Below, piece after piece: positions 1-12,420 of a stretch of DNA of 64,000 nt (its first letter is position 1; each line of letters begins with the position of its first letter). The notes under the pieces were generated by a model. That model made no database searches and had not been told where the DNA came from. It saw only the letters and a program-made list of their open reading frames with translations. The position numbers and the translations under genes were made by a program. The DNA comes from Octopus sinensis (lineage: Eukaryota), in the NCBI RefSeq assembly GCF_006345805.1, contig NC_042998.1:76942001-77006000 (forward strand), read 5' to 3'.

Positions 1-321
1 CAAAATCGTCTTTGTACGAATTCAGACAATGGCTTTTGCCAGTGTTCGCCAATAGTGTTGTCTGTGAAGCACGTTTCTCACTATTTAAACAACGGGTGTG
101 TGATGCATGTATTTATTGTGCTTGAAGATGCATGTATTTATTGTGCTTGAAGATCTATGTAGACTTGCAAAATATTCTGTGGATATATTTTAGAAATGGT
201 GAGGTAGCACCCATCAACAGATGTGTAGTGCTCTCTATTACATGATGTTTTACTATAAGCAATGAGCATTCCATTATAAGTACTAACTATTGAAACTATA
301 GAACAGGTTACACTAAGGTAG

Positions 322-671
322 CTATACATTTTTTGTAACAATTGTGTTTCTACGTACAAGATTATACGGTACTTTCACCCACAAATATTGCTCTGTTCGT
401 GAAATACTATGGCAAATTCACAATTTTGGGGCCCAAAACAGTGGTCGACTTTTACCTAAGGTTGACTATTATTCGAGTATATACGGTATTATATATATAT
501 ATTGTGAGAGTAAGTGACTCTGCGGAGAATTCGTCCGTGTTTACGGGTCTGCGTCCAGTATGTATGTAAACTAAATTCCGATGCGTTGACGGTTACGATG
601 CGCTGGATAGTTGTGTGCTTCTCCGTCTCACACATGTCTTGTTTGCTTGTGTGTGTGTGTGGTGTGTGTGT

Positions 672-729
<58 letters not shown>

Positions 730-1608
730 TGTGTGTGTACGTGCGAGCGTGTGAATGTTTCATGTTTGTGTGATGTCATATTTTCCCAGTGATTAACTCT
801 TGTCTACCACTGGTGGAATGTATATACTTGAATGTGACTATATTTATATATCTGCGTATGATTTTGTGAGCGTGCGTTTGCGAGTTAGTCGTCGTATGTA
901 GACACCTGTGCCTGTGTCTACGGGAGTGTGTATACAAGCGAATGTGTATGCAGTCCATTGTTTATGCGCACGAGTATTTACGCGCGCATGTGTTAGCGTG
1001 CCTGAAGCGTGCCTGTAGTGGTGTAAGAGGTAAGAATAGAAGAGGAACAAAGAGAGAACCAGGTAAGCGAGAGACTATTTAAAAGAATCGATTTGCCGTC
1101 ACTGGCAATATTATTATTCGATGCGAATTCGTTCGATTTCGTGCTTGTGTGTTTGCGTATGAGCGTCTGTGTGAGCGTGTGAATGAGAGTTTGCCGGCAT
1201 ATGTTTCTTATGGGGGTCTGGATTTGATTGTGCGTTGCTGTGTGTACGTTCGTGTATGTGTGTGTTGTGCTTATGTGTCTGTGTACGCACGCGTGTATTT
1301 ATGTGTATGTTTGTAATTTGAAGCAAATATGTTTGTTATATTCGTTTATATTAGCGTAACATGTCTATGATATCTGCATAATCAGTGTGACTCGTTCGCA
1401 CGTGAGGCATAAAATTTATAACTATCTAGGGTATGCTAACTTACCCATGACCTCAAAGCGTGATTCTTCATTATCTGAGTCTGGCTGATATATCAACTAC
1501 TTTCGTGAAATACATGAGCTCTCCTTGAGGCTTTTCACTATCTCAATAAAGAATACATTATACATATTTGTATATTGAGTCTTCATTTGAATTATAATTT
1601 TCTCAAAT
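322..1608 (-). other. Possible two-exon 3' end of a gene or pseudogene (1608-1445 and 392-322); exon 1 has one in-frame TAG
   Basis: CTGTTTAG acceptor and GG|GTAAGT donor bound 164 nt reading FEKIIIQMKTQYTNMYNVFFIEIVKSLKESSCISRK*LIYQPDSDNEESRFEVM. The next acceptor (CACGAACAG) is phase-compatible (EQYLWVKVPYNLVRRNTIVTKNV*), with AATAAA ~180 nt downstream. No homology recognised. Confidence 0.22.
640..745. repeat. (GT)n microsatellite
   Basis: Direct inspection. Confidence 0.95.
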
Positions 1609-1890
1609 CTAAACAGGGTATGCCACACATACATGCACATACACATACAGAATATGGTTTAGGCTACTGTTGATCCAAACTAATAGACTGTGTAAGTGCT
1701 GCAATTCATAAGCTGCTAGGATTCATATACACAATGAAGGACTGAGTTGGGGTTTCGCGCCATGCTTCCGAGTCAACGGGTATAAATTAAAGGAAGAGGA
1801 AATCAGAACAAAGACAAGACAAACTTATCAGTCTATTTAAATTATTTTAATGATTATAATGGTGAATCGTATCAAGCAAAAGTAAATAAT

Positions 1891-2045
1891 CCTTTCTACT
1901 ACAGGCACAATACCTAAAATTTGGTGGGACGGAACGAGTCGATTACACCGACCTCAGTGTTTCACTGGTACTTAATTTATCGATCACAAAAGGATGAAAG
2001 GCAAAGTCGATCTTGGCAAAATTTGAACTGAGAACGTAGTGGCAC
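1891..2045 (-). mobile_element. tRNA-derived SINE family 1, partial
   Basis: Reverse complement of GTTCTGAGTTCAAATTCCGCCGAGGTCGACTTTGCCTTTCATCCTTTCGGGGTCGATAAATTAAGTACCAG, which recurs >12 times in the window. Confidence 0.85.
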
Positions 2046-2086
2046 ACAGTTAGGCAATTCGGATAAATATTTTAGAAAAATGTTTG

Positions 2087-2262
2087 ACGCATAATCCTAG
2101 GTAATTCCAGAGTTCAGAAAGCGGGTTGGGTTATGCGTCCAGTTAAAAAAATGGGACCTAGCAGTTTCAACTGGATGCATTACTCAACCCACTTTCTGAA
2201 CTATGGACTTACCTGGGATTATACGTAAGGAGGTAACCCTAGCCCTAACCCTAACCCTAACC
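2087..2262. repeat. 62-bp imperfect inverted repeat followed by ~4 telomere-like CCCTAA units
   Basis: Arms 2087-2148 and 2165-2226 (9 mismatches in 62); AACCCTAGCCCTAACCCTAACCCTAACC follows. Confidence 0.85.
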
Positions 2263-2519
2263 CCCGGAACAGGACGAACTATGAGCTTTTTGTCTTCATG
2301 CTTTTCTGTACAGTAGATTTTCTATCTCCACATTGAAATTTCCTGCATGTATATCTTTTTTCTCCGATGACGGAATACCCAGTATATGGACATGAGGATC
2401 AAATCATTGATCCATAATCTGGGATATCACGAAAACAGCTGTAAGACATTATTATTTACTTATGGTTACTTCCATTCAATATTATAATGATTAAAATAAT
2501 TTTAATGAGCTAATAAGCT

Positions 2520-2556
2520 TGTCCTATCCTGGTTTTGTTTTCCCCTCCTTTAATAT

Positions 2557-2620
<64 letters not shown>

Positions 2621-2820
2621 ACCGCGTGTGTATCGTTGGCGATTTTTTCCTCCGTCTTCCTTCCTTGGATCTTTCCTTTTTCTATGTTTCTGACGAAGGG
2701 TTCCGCTCGAAACGTCAAATCCTCCTTCTTTCTGTCCTTTCCTAAGCGTCCCATAGCACTATACTTGTTCCACGTCCTCGCGTGGTTGTGTCTTCACTTT
2801 GTGTTTTCAAGTTTGGATCA
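2520..2820 (+). mobile_element. Penelope-like terminal-repeat fragment interrupted by (TA)n
   Basis: Pyrimidine-rich segment carrying a minimal hammerhead; a similar degenerate copy lies on the minus strand at 28670-28870. Confidence 0.55.
2686..2720 (+). ncRNA. Minimal type-I hammerhead ribozyme motif (extra A after A9)
   Basis: GTTT-CTGACGA-A-GGGT-TCC-GCTC-GAAA-CG-TC-AAAT: stem I GTTT/AAAT, stem II with two wobbles, palindromic ACGT stem III, GUC site. Confidence 0.7.
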
Positions 2821-2833
2821 ACTATATATATAT

Positions 2834-2879
<46 letters not shown>

Positions 2880-3375
2880 CACGAGTGAACAAATGAAAGA
2901 ATGTAGCACTCAACGGATATGGCGGGAGTTGCTATTTGCATCTGAGATGGGCGCTTTCAATGAGTCCACGAAACTGTAATTCATGTAGGGTTGACTCAAA
3001 TTGTTTTATATACACATACACGCGCGCATGTATATATTCGCATGCGCATTTATGTCATTTCTAGTTATCGAAAGTTTTGATAAGCTGTTAACATCAGTAA
3101 CCGGCTCAATATGCAAATTGTTAATAGACTCTGTAGTTGTGTATTTAACAAAAACGATATGAATGTTGATTTGAAGTTTCAATGTACTAATATAGCTACA
3201 TGCGCTGAGAGAAATCCAGAGGTAGATCAGTAAACTTTATTTAGACCAGATAAAAGTATCTACACTTCGTCATTCATCTGTCAAACATTTTCGAGAACGT
3301 GTTAAAGACTAAAGTTTACAAATTAAGTTAGAATTCCCAACAACTAAGTAAAAACAAAACGTAACGTAGAAGTAA

Positions 3376-3453
3376 ATAATAATGATAATACTAGAAATGA
3401 TGACGGTGACGATGATGATAATGATGACGATTTTAATGATAATGATGATGATG

Positions 3454-3510
<57 letters not shown>

Positions 3511-3520
3511 GTGATAATAA
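3376..3520. repeat. (GAT)n/(AAT)n compound microsatellite
   Basis: Direct inspection. Confidence 0.95.
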
Positions 3521-4879
3521 TAAACAAAAATAAAGAAGTATTAAAGGGAACAAAAAATATATAAATAAAAATAGCAAATATATTTCTGTAGAGCAACACG
3601 AAATGAAATTGGATAAGTAAAGTACAAAGGAGAAAATAGGCGTTAATGAAAATGTTAAGAACGGTGTGAAAATATAAAAGTGATGCAAGGAGTTTTTTGA
3701 ACGGCAAATTCAGTTATCAGACGAAATTCTTGTGGTAGCGACAGTTGCCAAAGTTCTGGAGAGATTATCTGACATTTTACTTGTATACGCTATGTGTATG
3801 TTTACATACGCAATGTTAGATGTAATTTTGTTGTTGCAGTTGTTACTGTTCTTTATGCTGGTTGTATCGATAGAGGATTATGGCGGTTGCTTTCATGCTT
3901 ATAAGTTTGTTGTAGGGGTACTTTTTTTGTTTGATTTTAATAAATGCATATTAGAAATTGAGTTGAGACACCCTTGAGAAAGTGTCATTTTTTTCATTTA
4001 GTGTCATTTAGTCCAGTTTTACTGTGTACTGTAATACAGTCTAGTATCATAGAGTTATGAAGTGCAATGGTGTAATTGAGCAATAAAATACTGTGCAATG
4101 CTGTGATAGGATAATTTACTGGAATACAGTAGTGTAATAAGGAGGTAATGTAATGTAATTTAATACTGCATGGCAACAGTGTAGAAGTGCAATACAGCAC
4201 ATCGTTATACTATGACAGTGTAATGACGAATCTTGATGTAATGGTATAAGAGGATATGTAATAGTTTGTAATATTCTTATAGTGTACATAATAATATAGT
4301 GTAGTATATTTACAACAATGCCAGGCCTGACAGCAGATTAATGATCAAACATAAAACCATGATAATTTTGTTGTTTCCTTCAAATATAGTGTATCTACAC
4401 TCAGATTGTCTGGAGGTTACCTCCTTTTCTGACTTGACGGGTTGTGGTTGGAGGGAATATTCACAGCTTCCTTTTAAACGTCCATCGACTATGTAGAGGG
4501 CACTTCTTTGGCTATGATAGACTAATGTCGCATTGCAATTTCGTGGACTAGATTTGTATAACTTGGCGGCCAACTGGCAGAATCATTACAGAAGCGAATA
4601 AACTCCTTGTGGTGTTAGTTTCTCTTAGATTCTAAGTAATTTTGAATAATTTTGATGAAGTATTTTATATTTGTGTAATAGTTTCGGATGGAAGTGATAA
4701 GGTTTTTTATGTTTGCACGAGGACACTATTTAACAATCAGCACTGCAGAAGAATAACTATCATCCTCGTATAGCTAAGGGGTTGGATCGCTAGGCCTTTT
4801 GCATAAGAATTAACCTTAAATGTTTCAATGAAATTTTGGTCCTCGCTTATAATATCTGACGTAATTAGAAACTGGAAGC

Positions 4880-5260
4880 ATTTATCTTTTTATCTTTTAT
4901 CTTTTACTTGTATCAGTCATTAGACTGCGGCCGCGCTGGGGCACCGCCTTGAATTTTTAGTCGAATGTATCGACCTTAGTACTTATTTTCTTTAAAACCT
5001 GGTACTTATTCTATCGGCCTCTTTTGCCGAACCGTTAAGTTATGGGGACGTAAACACACAAACACCGGTTGTCAAGCTGGAATGCATCGATACATATATA
5101 CGACTGGCTTCTTTCAGTTTCCGTCTACCAAATCCACTCACAAGGTTTTAGTTGGTTCCTGGCTATAGTAGAGGACACTCGCCCAGGGTGCTACGCAGTG
5201 GGACTGAACCCGGAAACATTTGGTTGGGAAGGAAGCTTCTTACAACACAGCCACCACGCA
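4880..5260 (-). mobile_element. tRNA-derived SINE family 2
   Basis: Head GTGGCTGTGT(G/T)GTAAGAAGCTT...GGGTTCAGTCCCACTGCG (A/B-box-like); body shared with copies at 45-46 kb and 55 kb. Confidence 0.85.
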
Positions 5261-5902
5261 TCGTGTTTTGGCAAAAATAACTGGAATCTGATCGGTAATA
5301 CAGATTTGTTTTATCTTTGTGCAAATAGTAATTCAATGTTAATATCAGAGAGTTTCAGTCCATTCATGATCTGAATTGAATCAGCAGATTTCGACAGCCA
5401 TTTTAAAACTTGATCTGGATTGTCATGCAAGATTTCCAAGCCACTCACTGAAGATGTATGCATTACATAATCTTGAATCATTTTGCTTGATGAGCAATAT
5501 TCCAGAAAAAAATTGTTATTAATAACTTTCGTAAACACAAAACAAAAATGTAAGAGATCCATATTCGTCTTACAGTAATAGCAAATTCGTTTCTATATAA
5601 AATTCGACATTTGCATTAAGATTAACGGTACATTTAGCGTTAATGTTTTGTTTATCTTACTTTGTTTACTCAGGTACTTAGTTTATCTTCATGTAAATTT
5701 AATATTAAATTGTTTGCGAATCGTATTCGTCTGGGTTATTTGTAAATAAAAATCAAATGTGAGACAAAGAGAAAAGAATGCAAATATAAATAAAAACAAT
5801 TCACAAGACGAAAACGATTATACACACACATATATATATACATATATGTATATGTATGTATACATACAAAGACATACCCATAATACACATATGAGATCGG
5901 GC

Positions 5903-5971
<69 letters not shown>

Positions 5972-7027
5972 ATATATATACATAGACGTGTGTGTGTGTG
6001 CATACATGCTTTTGGCGAAATAACGCTTATGATAAGAAAATAAACAATTGCTTGTAAATTATTTTAAGAATTTCTATTTTATCTCATTCTATGTATCTCC
6101 GTTTCTACATTTTTATATTTTTATTATTTATAATTTTAAGAAGTTTTTATATTTAGACGCCACTTTTTAACAGACGTAAATCTAAAGAAATAAAATATAT
6201 ATATATATATACGCAATGGAAACTCAAGAATCACAAGACATCACGCTATATGTAGTTTGCTATTCCATCTTCAAAGTAATATCTCAGAAATTGAAAATAT
6301 GTAAAAAGATATTTAGAATAATTTATATTCTGGACAGAGCTTTAGGAAAAAGAAGATAAGCATTAAGCAATAATATCGCAAGAAAAATTGAAGAATGAAA
6401 AGAAAAAGTCGGACAAAGTTCTGTATGTAAAGAAGAATTCAAAATAACCTGAACTACTAATGTATTGTGCATTATCTACCGTTGTGTCGATCCTAAAAGA
6501 TATTGAATAGAAAGCTATAAGAGCTTTTAAAGGTTTTACTAAATATAGCAGACCACACCTTTTTCTTTTAGTCTTCATAATGCATATATATATATATAGC
6601 ATCCACTTTATTTGTTTTTACTTCTTACAAATAAAAGGGGCGGTTTAATCTGTTTGCGAAATTGTTACAAACTTTAGGTAATCAAAACATCTGTTGTGGC
6701 AATGAACCTCTTTAGCATAAAACCGTGCGTGCTTTACCTGATATCTGATGGCGGTTTATTGGTTGAAATATGGGGATGAAGCAATTATGAATCCGTGTGG
6801 CTTCTCGAGAAATCTTTAAAGAATTGTCCATACATGTCTTTTTGTTTTGGGGATTTGTATTTTTGTATGAATAGCCTTTTTTATGTTGTTGTATGTAGGC
6901 ACAGTCCCACGTTTAAGATGTTCGATTTGCAGACATTTTTCTTAAGATCCTTTACCGCTCTGCAGTAATTTCGTAAGTTTGTTAATTATAGCACGACTTT
7001 TATATATTTAATATAAAATAAAAATAA

Positions 7028-7277
7028 TAAATGCGCCCTTTTAAAACCTAGCCAGGCTCATGGGCCCGGTTTCCCGGTTTCAATGGCGTATGTGTTCCCC
7101 AGCTGGATGGGACGCCAGTCCATCGCAGCGTTACTCATTTTTGCCAGCTGAGTGACCTGGAGCAACGTGAAATGAAGTGTTTTGCTCAAGAACACAACGC
7201 GTCGCCCGGTCCAGGAATCGAAACCACAATCTTACGATCATGATGCTGACACTCTAACCACTGAGCCACGCGCCTCT
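7028..7277 (-). mobile_element. tRNA-derived SINE family 3
   Basis: A box TGGCTCAGTGG and B box GTTTCGATTCC, followed by GTTGTGTTCTTGAGCAAAACACTT; older copy at ~46900-47050. Confidence 0.85.
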
Positions 7278-7333
7278 ACGTGTAAATATATATGTATATA
7301 TATATAGATGCACACACACGCACACACACCACA

Positions 7334-7377
<44 letters not shown>

Positions 7378-7599
7378 GTATGTATGTGTGTGTATATATA
7401 TACAAATACTAATACATATATGTACGTATAGAAGTATATACACATGTAAATTATAAATGTAAAAACATTTTGGTTGCGAAGATATTTACCAAATTTGATT
7501 CTGAGATCACAAGAGCGACTCACCAGGCATCTAAAAACTGGTGATTTTAAGTTAATGGGAAGTATATTACTAAATGGTTCTTCAGTTAATCCGTCGATA

Positions 7600-7760
7600 C
7601 AAATGTCATATATTTCCTGAGATAAGACTCTACTACCTCAATCAAATAAGAGAAAGATATATGGAATAGTATACATTGAGTTTTGGGAAACCTTTGACAC
7701 GTTGCAGTTAAATGCTAATCAAATAATGAAATGTTAGCCATGGGATAGTGTCAAACATTT
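7600..7760 (+). mobile_element. Highly decayed LINE reverse-transcriptase fragment
   Basis: GIVYIEFWETFDT resembles the RT motif D.VYLDF.KAFD.V. Confidence 0.35.
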
Positions 7761-8809
7761 ATTTCTCTGAAGTGCTATTCAGTATCTTCTCTCTATTAAT
7801 CTCTCTCTCTCTCTCCCTCTCTCTCACCTTATGGAATGCCTATAGGCGGCGACGATCAAAGACGTCCCACACCAAATCTGCCAATTCATGAATCTTCTGA
7901 AAGATACAACATTGTCTACCCAGTCTTTTCTTTCGCCTACTTAAATCTTACTCTGCTAGGTCACCTGTTATCCTGAATTTATCTTTGGAGGACCTATTTC
8001 CCCTCTAGACTATAGATGTGTGGCACGCGATATCAGGTTGTCTTCTGTGTCACATATACAGGGACCAGCTTTCCTTAGAGATTTCTCGTCATTTGGCATA
8101 GGACTATTTTCTGTTATTTAATCCACAGACAGTCCTATTGACAGGTACTAGTACCCCGGGTCATAGTGAACCTGGAAGTAGCAGTAACTTAAGTGGAAAC
8201 CCTATACTCATTAAAACTCGTGAAACTCCGAATCTCACCATTATATGCAGTTTCATGTTTGACAGAAAATTAATATTAATTGGGCATCACTTTCCACACA
8301 AATATTATAGGATGTCAGTACAGAGTGGATTTAATATATTCAAACATATTTTCGATCATTGTCATCGATTTTGATGCTCCCATACGGCTACGCACACACA
8401 TACACACACACACACAAACACACTCACACACACACACATATATATATATATACACACACACACATACATATACACATATATGTATATATGCGTGTGTGCA
8501 TGTGATTGTATGCGTCTTTGTGTTTCTGTCTCCCCATCCAACGCTTGACTGGTATTCGTTTGTTAATGTCCTCATAACTTGCCTGTGCTCCAGCAAGACC
8601 GCTGTCCAATGACCGAGACAAGCAAAAGATATAAAAGATAAGATAGCTTATTTACTGAATTTCACCTATAATTCTCAAGGCCAATAAGTTTCATCGTATG
8701 ACTAGTTTAAAACTAGTAAATGGGAAAATTGTCGGAATACATGAAAAAATACCGAACATATATTGTTTATTGTCATATATCTATATACAAAATCCAGGAT
8801 GTAGAAGGT

Positions 8810-8990
8810 GGAGATATTTCGTCTGTCGTTACGTTCTGAGTTCAAATTCCGCCGAGGTCAACATTGCGTGTCATCCTTTCGGGGTCGATAAATCAAGTAC
8901 CTGTTGCGTACTGGAGTCAATCTAATCTACTAACCCATCCCCTAATATTTCGTGCCTTCTGCTCTAGAGTAGAAAAGAATATTCAGGATG
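8810..8990 (+). mobile_element. SINE family 1
   Basis: Consensus match including B box GAGTTCAAATTCC. Confidence 0.85.
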
Positions 8991-9553
8991 TACTTTTAGC
9001 TAATCATTTTCTCGCTGAGTATTAATTTTTTTCAACCTCGTCGCCCGCCGATGTTTATGCTGCACACATTAGCCAAGAGGTTTCCATTCATCATCCGCGT
9101 GAAAAATTTATGGACGATGATACCCTGATTAATCATTATTTAGAGAAAAATGCGTTCTTGCAATTAAATGAAGTATCATACAAAATATCAAATTTTAATA
9201 TGTGTATTATAGAGATTTCAAAGAAAAATGAGATGCAAAACGAAATCGTTAATTCACATTTTGAAATAATATCTAATTTCAGCTCTTATAGTAATTAAGT
9301 AACAAATAATCTGCTGAGAGTAATAAACCGTGTTTAATTATTTGTAATAATTAACTGTATAATGGCATTTATGTATAGCTATAGAAGTAGGACTTGTAAC
9401 GAAGAAAATAATACATAAAATGCCAACACAACGGTTATACGTCTTACAGTGTTTAATGAAGTAAACTTACATATTCTTTGATGCTGAAAACTAATGGCTG
9501 TCACATCGTATGTAGTGCACATGCGTACATACACGTACACACGCGCACGTGTA

Positions 9554-9604
<51 letters not shown>

Positions 9605-9714
9605 ATAATAATAGTAATAATAATAATAATAATATTAGTGAATAAATCCAAACTTACAGGGAAAAATGAGATTTAGGATTAAATCCAATTTTATAGTATA
9701 AATATATTATATTA

Positions 9715-9939
9715 TATTAAATTAGAGATAAAAGCACTATTAGGCAAATCAAACAGTGAAAAACATAACCAATACATAAAATTAATTTAAAATATAAAAG
9801 TTAAAAATAAAAAAATTATTTAAATAATTTAAACTTATAAATTTTATATATATATATATATATTATATATATATATATATATATGTATGTATATATGTTT
9901 TTCACTGTTTGATTTGCCTAATAGTGGTTTTATCTCTAA

Positions 9940-9950
<11 letters not shown>
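9715..9950. mobile_element. PLE-like terminal repeat in inverted arrangement around (TA)n
   Basis: TTAAATTAGAGATAAAA(G/C)CACTATTAGGCAAATCAAACAGTGAAAAAC at ~9717 and its reverse complement at ~9897-9950; a third copy at ~63365. Confidence 0.55.
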
Positions 9951-9975
<25 letters not shown>

Positions 9976-10000
9976 GTACACATAGGCAGACAAACAGACA

Positions 10001-10056
<56 letters not shown>

Positions 10057-10337
10057 TGTGTATGTGCGTGTGTGTTTAGAGGGATATATTACCGGGGTAG
10101 ATAGCGAGGTGACCCTCAGTCATGTTCCACGTTACGGCTAACAGCACAGCTTACATTTTAACGTGTATGACTACTACGAGTTGTCACTAACATTGTAAAT
10201 TCTTATGGTAATATTAACTGGAGTGTATATTAAGGAAAATTACAATTATATAGAACATGGAGATTTTTTCTTCCTCCAATATATTTTCTTTTATTTTACA
10301 ATTTGGACGATGAAAATGTCTCCATAATCTATATCAT

Positions 10338-10400
<63 letters not shown>

Positions 10401-10660
10401 TATATATATATATATATATATATATGCATATATATTAATTTATCTCCCTCAATTTTTAAATATTTAAATAAATACGTTCCCTAGTTTTAAGCACTACCCG
10501 CAGTGAATTATTCACTGCAGCCCTTCGCTTCAGAGTCTCTCAGCGCGCCGGAACCAAGACATTTGAAATTTTATTCCCGATGTAATCAGTAAGACTAAGC
10601 ACGTGTCTGTCTTGACACAGAGAGCTGGGGTTAGTCTTCCGGTTTGCATCTCGAGGACCG

Positions 10661-10736
10661 AATGTACTGATGAAGTCACGGACACTTGAATTATGCAAGT
10701 AATTCTTTTGTTAAGACCGAAACCGAGGTATGCATT
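10661..10736 (+). ncRNA. Type-I hammerhead motif with long stem II
   Basis: AATGTA-CTGATGA-AGTC...GACC-GAAA-CCGAGG-TA-TGCATT; inner hairpin ACTTG/CAAGT; A.C at the first stem II pair. Confidence 0.65.
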
Positions 10737-10924
10737 TAAGTCTGTTATTTATATAATTTTTCATATGTCCTGCCCGCCAAAGTTGGTTCTGGTGTTCGCT
10801 GAATTCTTCCTCTAGAGAATTACCCTTGTAGTCTGATCGTTGATGATCTTTTTCTAGCATTCTGGCCGGCTACCTAGCAGGCCAGCCCTGCCAATATACA
10901 CATATATATATATATATATATATA

Positions 10925-12420
10925 TGTTTGTTATAGAGTTTAGCAAAGGGAGATTTTATCGTTATATGTTTTTAAGAGTTTTGGTTTATCATGGTTTTTT
11001 TTTAGGGAATTCGTGGTAATTTGTCTATTTTCGATGTTGGTTGTTTTATTACATTGTTTCATTCATAATTTTTGAGTGGTGTTCGTTTTGCCACGTGAAT
11101 ATTATTTTTAATTCCATTTATTCCATTTCTCCATTCATTATTTTAAAAGATGTTCGTTTCCAGAGCGGTTATACTTTTTATACATATGTTAAGTTCCTTG
11201 GTAAAGTAATTTTGTTTGGTGTATATGTTGAGGCTTATATGTACTTGTGGGTGTGTGTGAGTGGGGGGGGGTGTTTGTATTTGTTATGGGTGTGTGGTTT
11301 ACGTGTGTGTATTTGTGTGTGAATGTATAGGTTAAAGGGATTGCTATATAAGTATGTTATAGTGTTTAGTAAAGGGAGGTTTTATCATTTATGTTTTGTG
11401 AGTTTTAGCTTATCATGGTAGTTTTATAAAAGAATCCATTCATAATTTTTTTGTTTTTTGTCTGTGTGGGGTTGAGTGGGTTTTTGGAGTATATGTTGAG
11501 GTTTATATGTATGTATAGGTATGTGTAAGTGGTGTGGGTATTTGTATATGTCGTGGGTGTGTGGTTTACGTGTGTGTATTTGTGTGTGAATGTTTAGGTT
11601 AGGGGGATTGCTATATAGGTATGTTATAGAGTTTAGTAAAGGGAGATTTTATCATTATATGTTTTTATGAGTTTTGGTTTATCATGGTAGGTTTGTTAAG
11701 GAATTCGTAGTAATTTGTGTCTATTTGCGATGTCTGTTGTTTTATTGCATTGTTTCATTCATAATTTTTAAGTAGTGTTCGTTTTACCAAGTGAATATAA
11801 TTTTTAATTCCATTTATTCCATTTCTCCGTTCATAATTTTAAGTGATGTCCGTTTTCTAGAGCGTGAATGTGGGTTGTATGTGTGTGTGTGTGGGAGTAT
11901 GAATAAGTATTTTGTTGAAGTATTTAGCTATTTTATTTATTTATAGTTGCCTAGACGTTTTTATGTGTATGTATAGGGATATATATATAGGTGTGTGATT
12001 TAGTGTATGTAGTTAGATATGGTTATATATAATTAGGTATATGTGTATGGGTGTATATATAGTTTATTATTATATTATTATTATTTTTTTGTTTTGTTTT
12101 ATATTTTATATTTTATATTTAATTTGATAGGTTTATTTTAGTTTATATATTGTTTATATATTGATTATATATGGATTATATATAGGTTATATATGGATTA
12201 TATATTTATATTTTTTCATTCATACTTTAATTATTTTAAATTATTATTTTTATATTTTAAAATATTGATATTTTAGATTGGAAGTCCACCTGAAGATTGT
12301 CGATCAAGACAAGAAACAATTGTAGTGGCGGTTTTTTTGACTATTTATTAAAATTTTATGTATTGATTAAGTCTTTCCTTGTTTGTTTTGCAAAATAGTA
12401 GTTTTGTCTCTAATAATATT
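10925..12420. mobile_element. Decayed PLE-like element with internal ~235-bp imperfect duplications
   Basis: 10929-11162 is repeated at 11623-11856, with a partial copy at ~11357; the segment ends in a hammerhead-bearing repeat and is flanked by (TA)n. Confidence 0.45.
12286..12328 (+). ncRNA. Canonical minimal type-I hammerhead ribozyme
   Basis: CCAC-CTGAAGA-TTGTC-GATCAA-GACAA-GAAA-CAATTG-TA-GTGG: intact core, perfect stems I and II, palindromic ACAATTGT stem III. Confidence 0.8.

Noticed and set aside
102-154. 25-bp tandem duplication containing AATAAA (minus)
   Set aside because: Simple local slippage or assembly duplication; not a CRISPR-like or regulatory array.
2205-2216. ACTTACCTGG resembling the U1 snRNA 5' end
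   Set aside because: No further U1 similarity; it belongs to the inverted-repeat arm.
2290-2440. Sushi/CCP-like reading (CFRDIPDYGSMI*SSCPYTGYSVIGEKRYTC) after a good acceptor, minus strand
   Set aside because: In-frame stop, an alternative frame is equally protein-like, and cysteine spacing is incomplete; similar impressions at 4420-4745 and 6740-6960 also contain several stops.
7200-7277. tRNA-like sequence with A and B boxes
   Set aside because: It is a SINE head running into a SINE body, not a tRNA gene.
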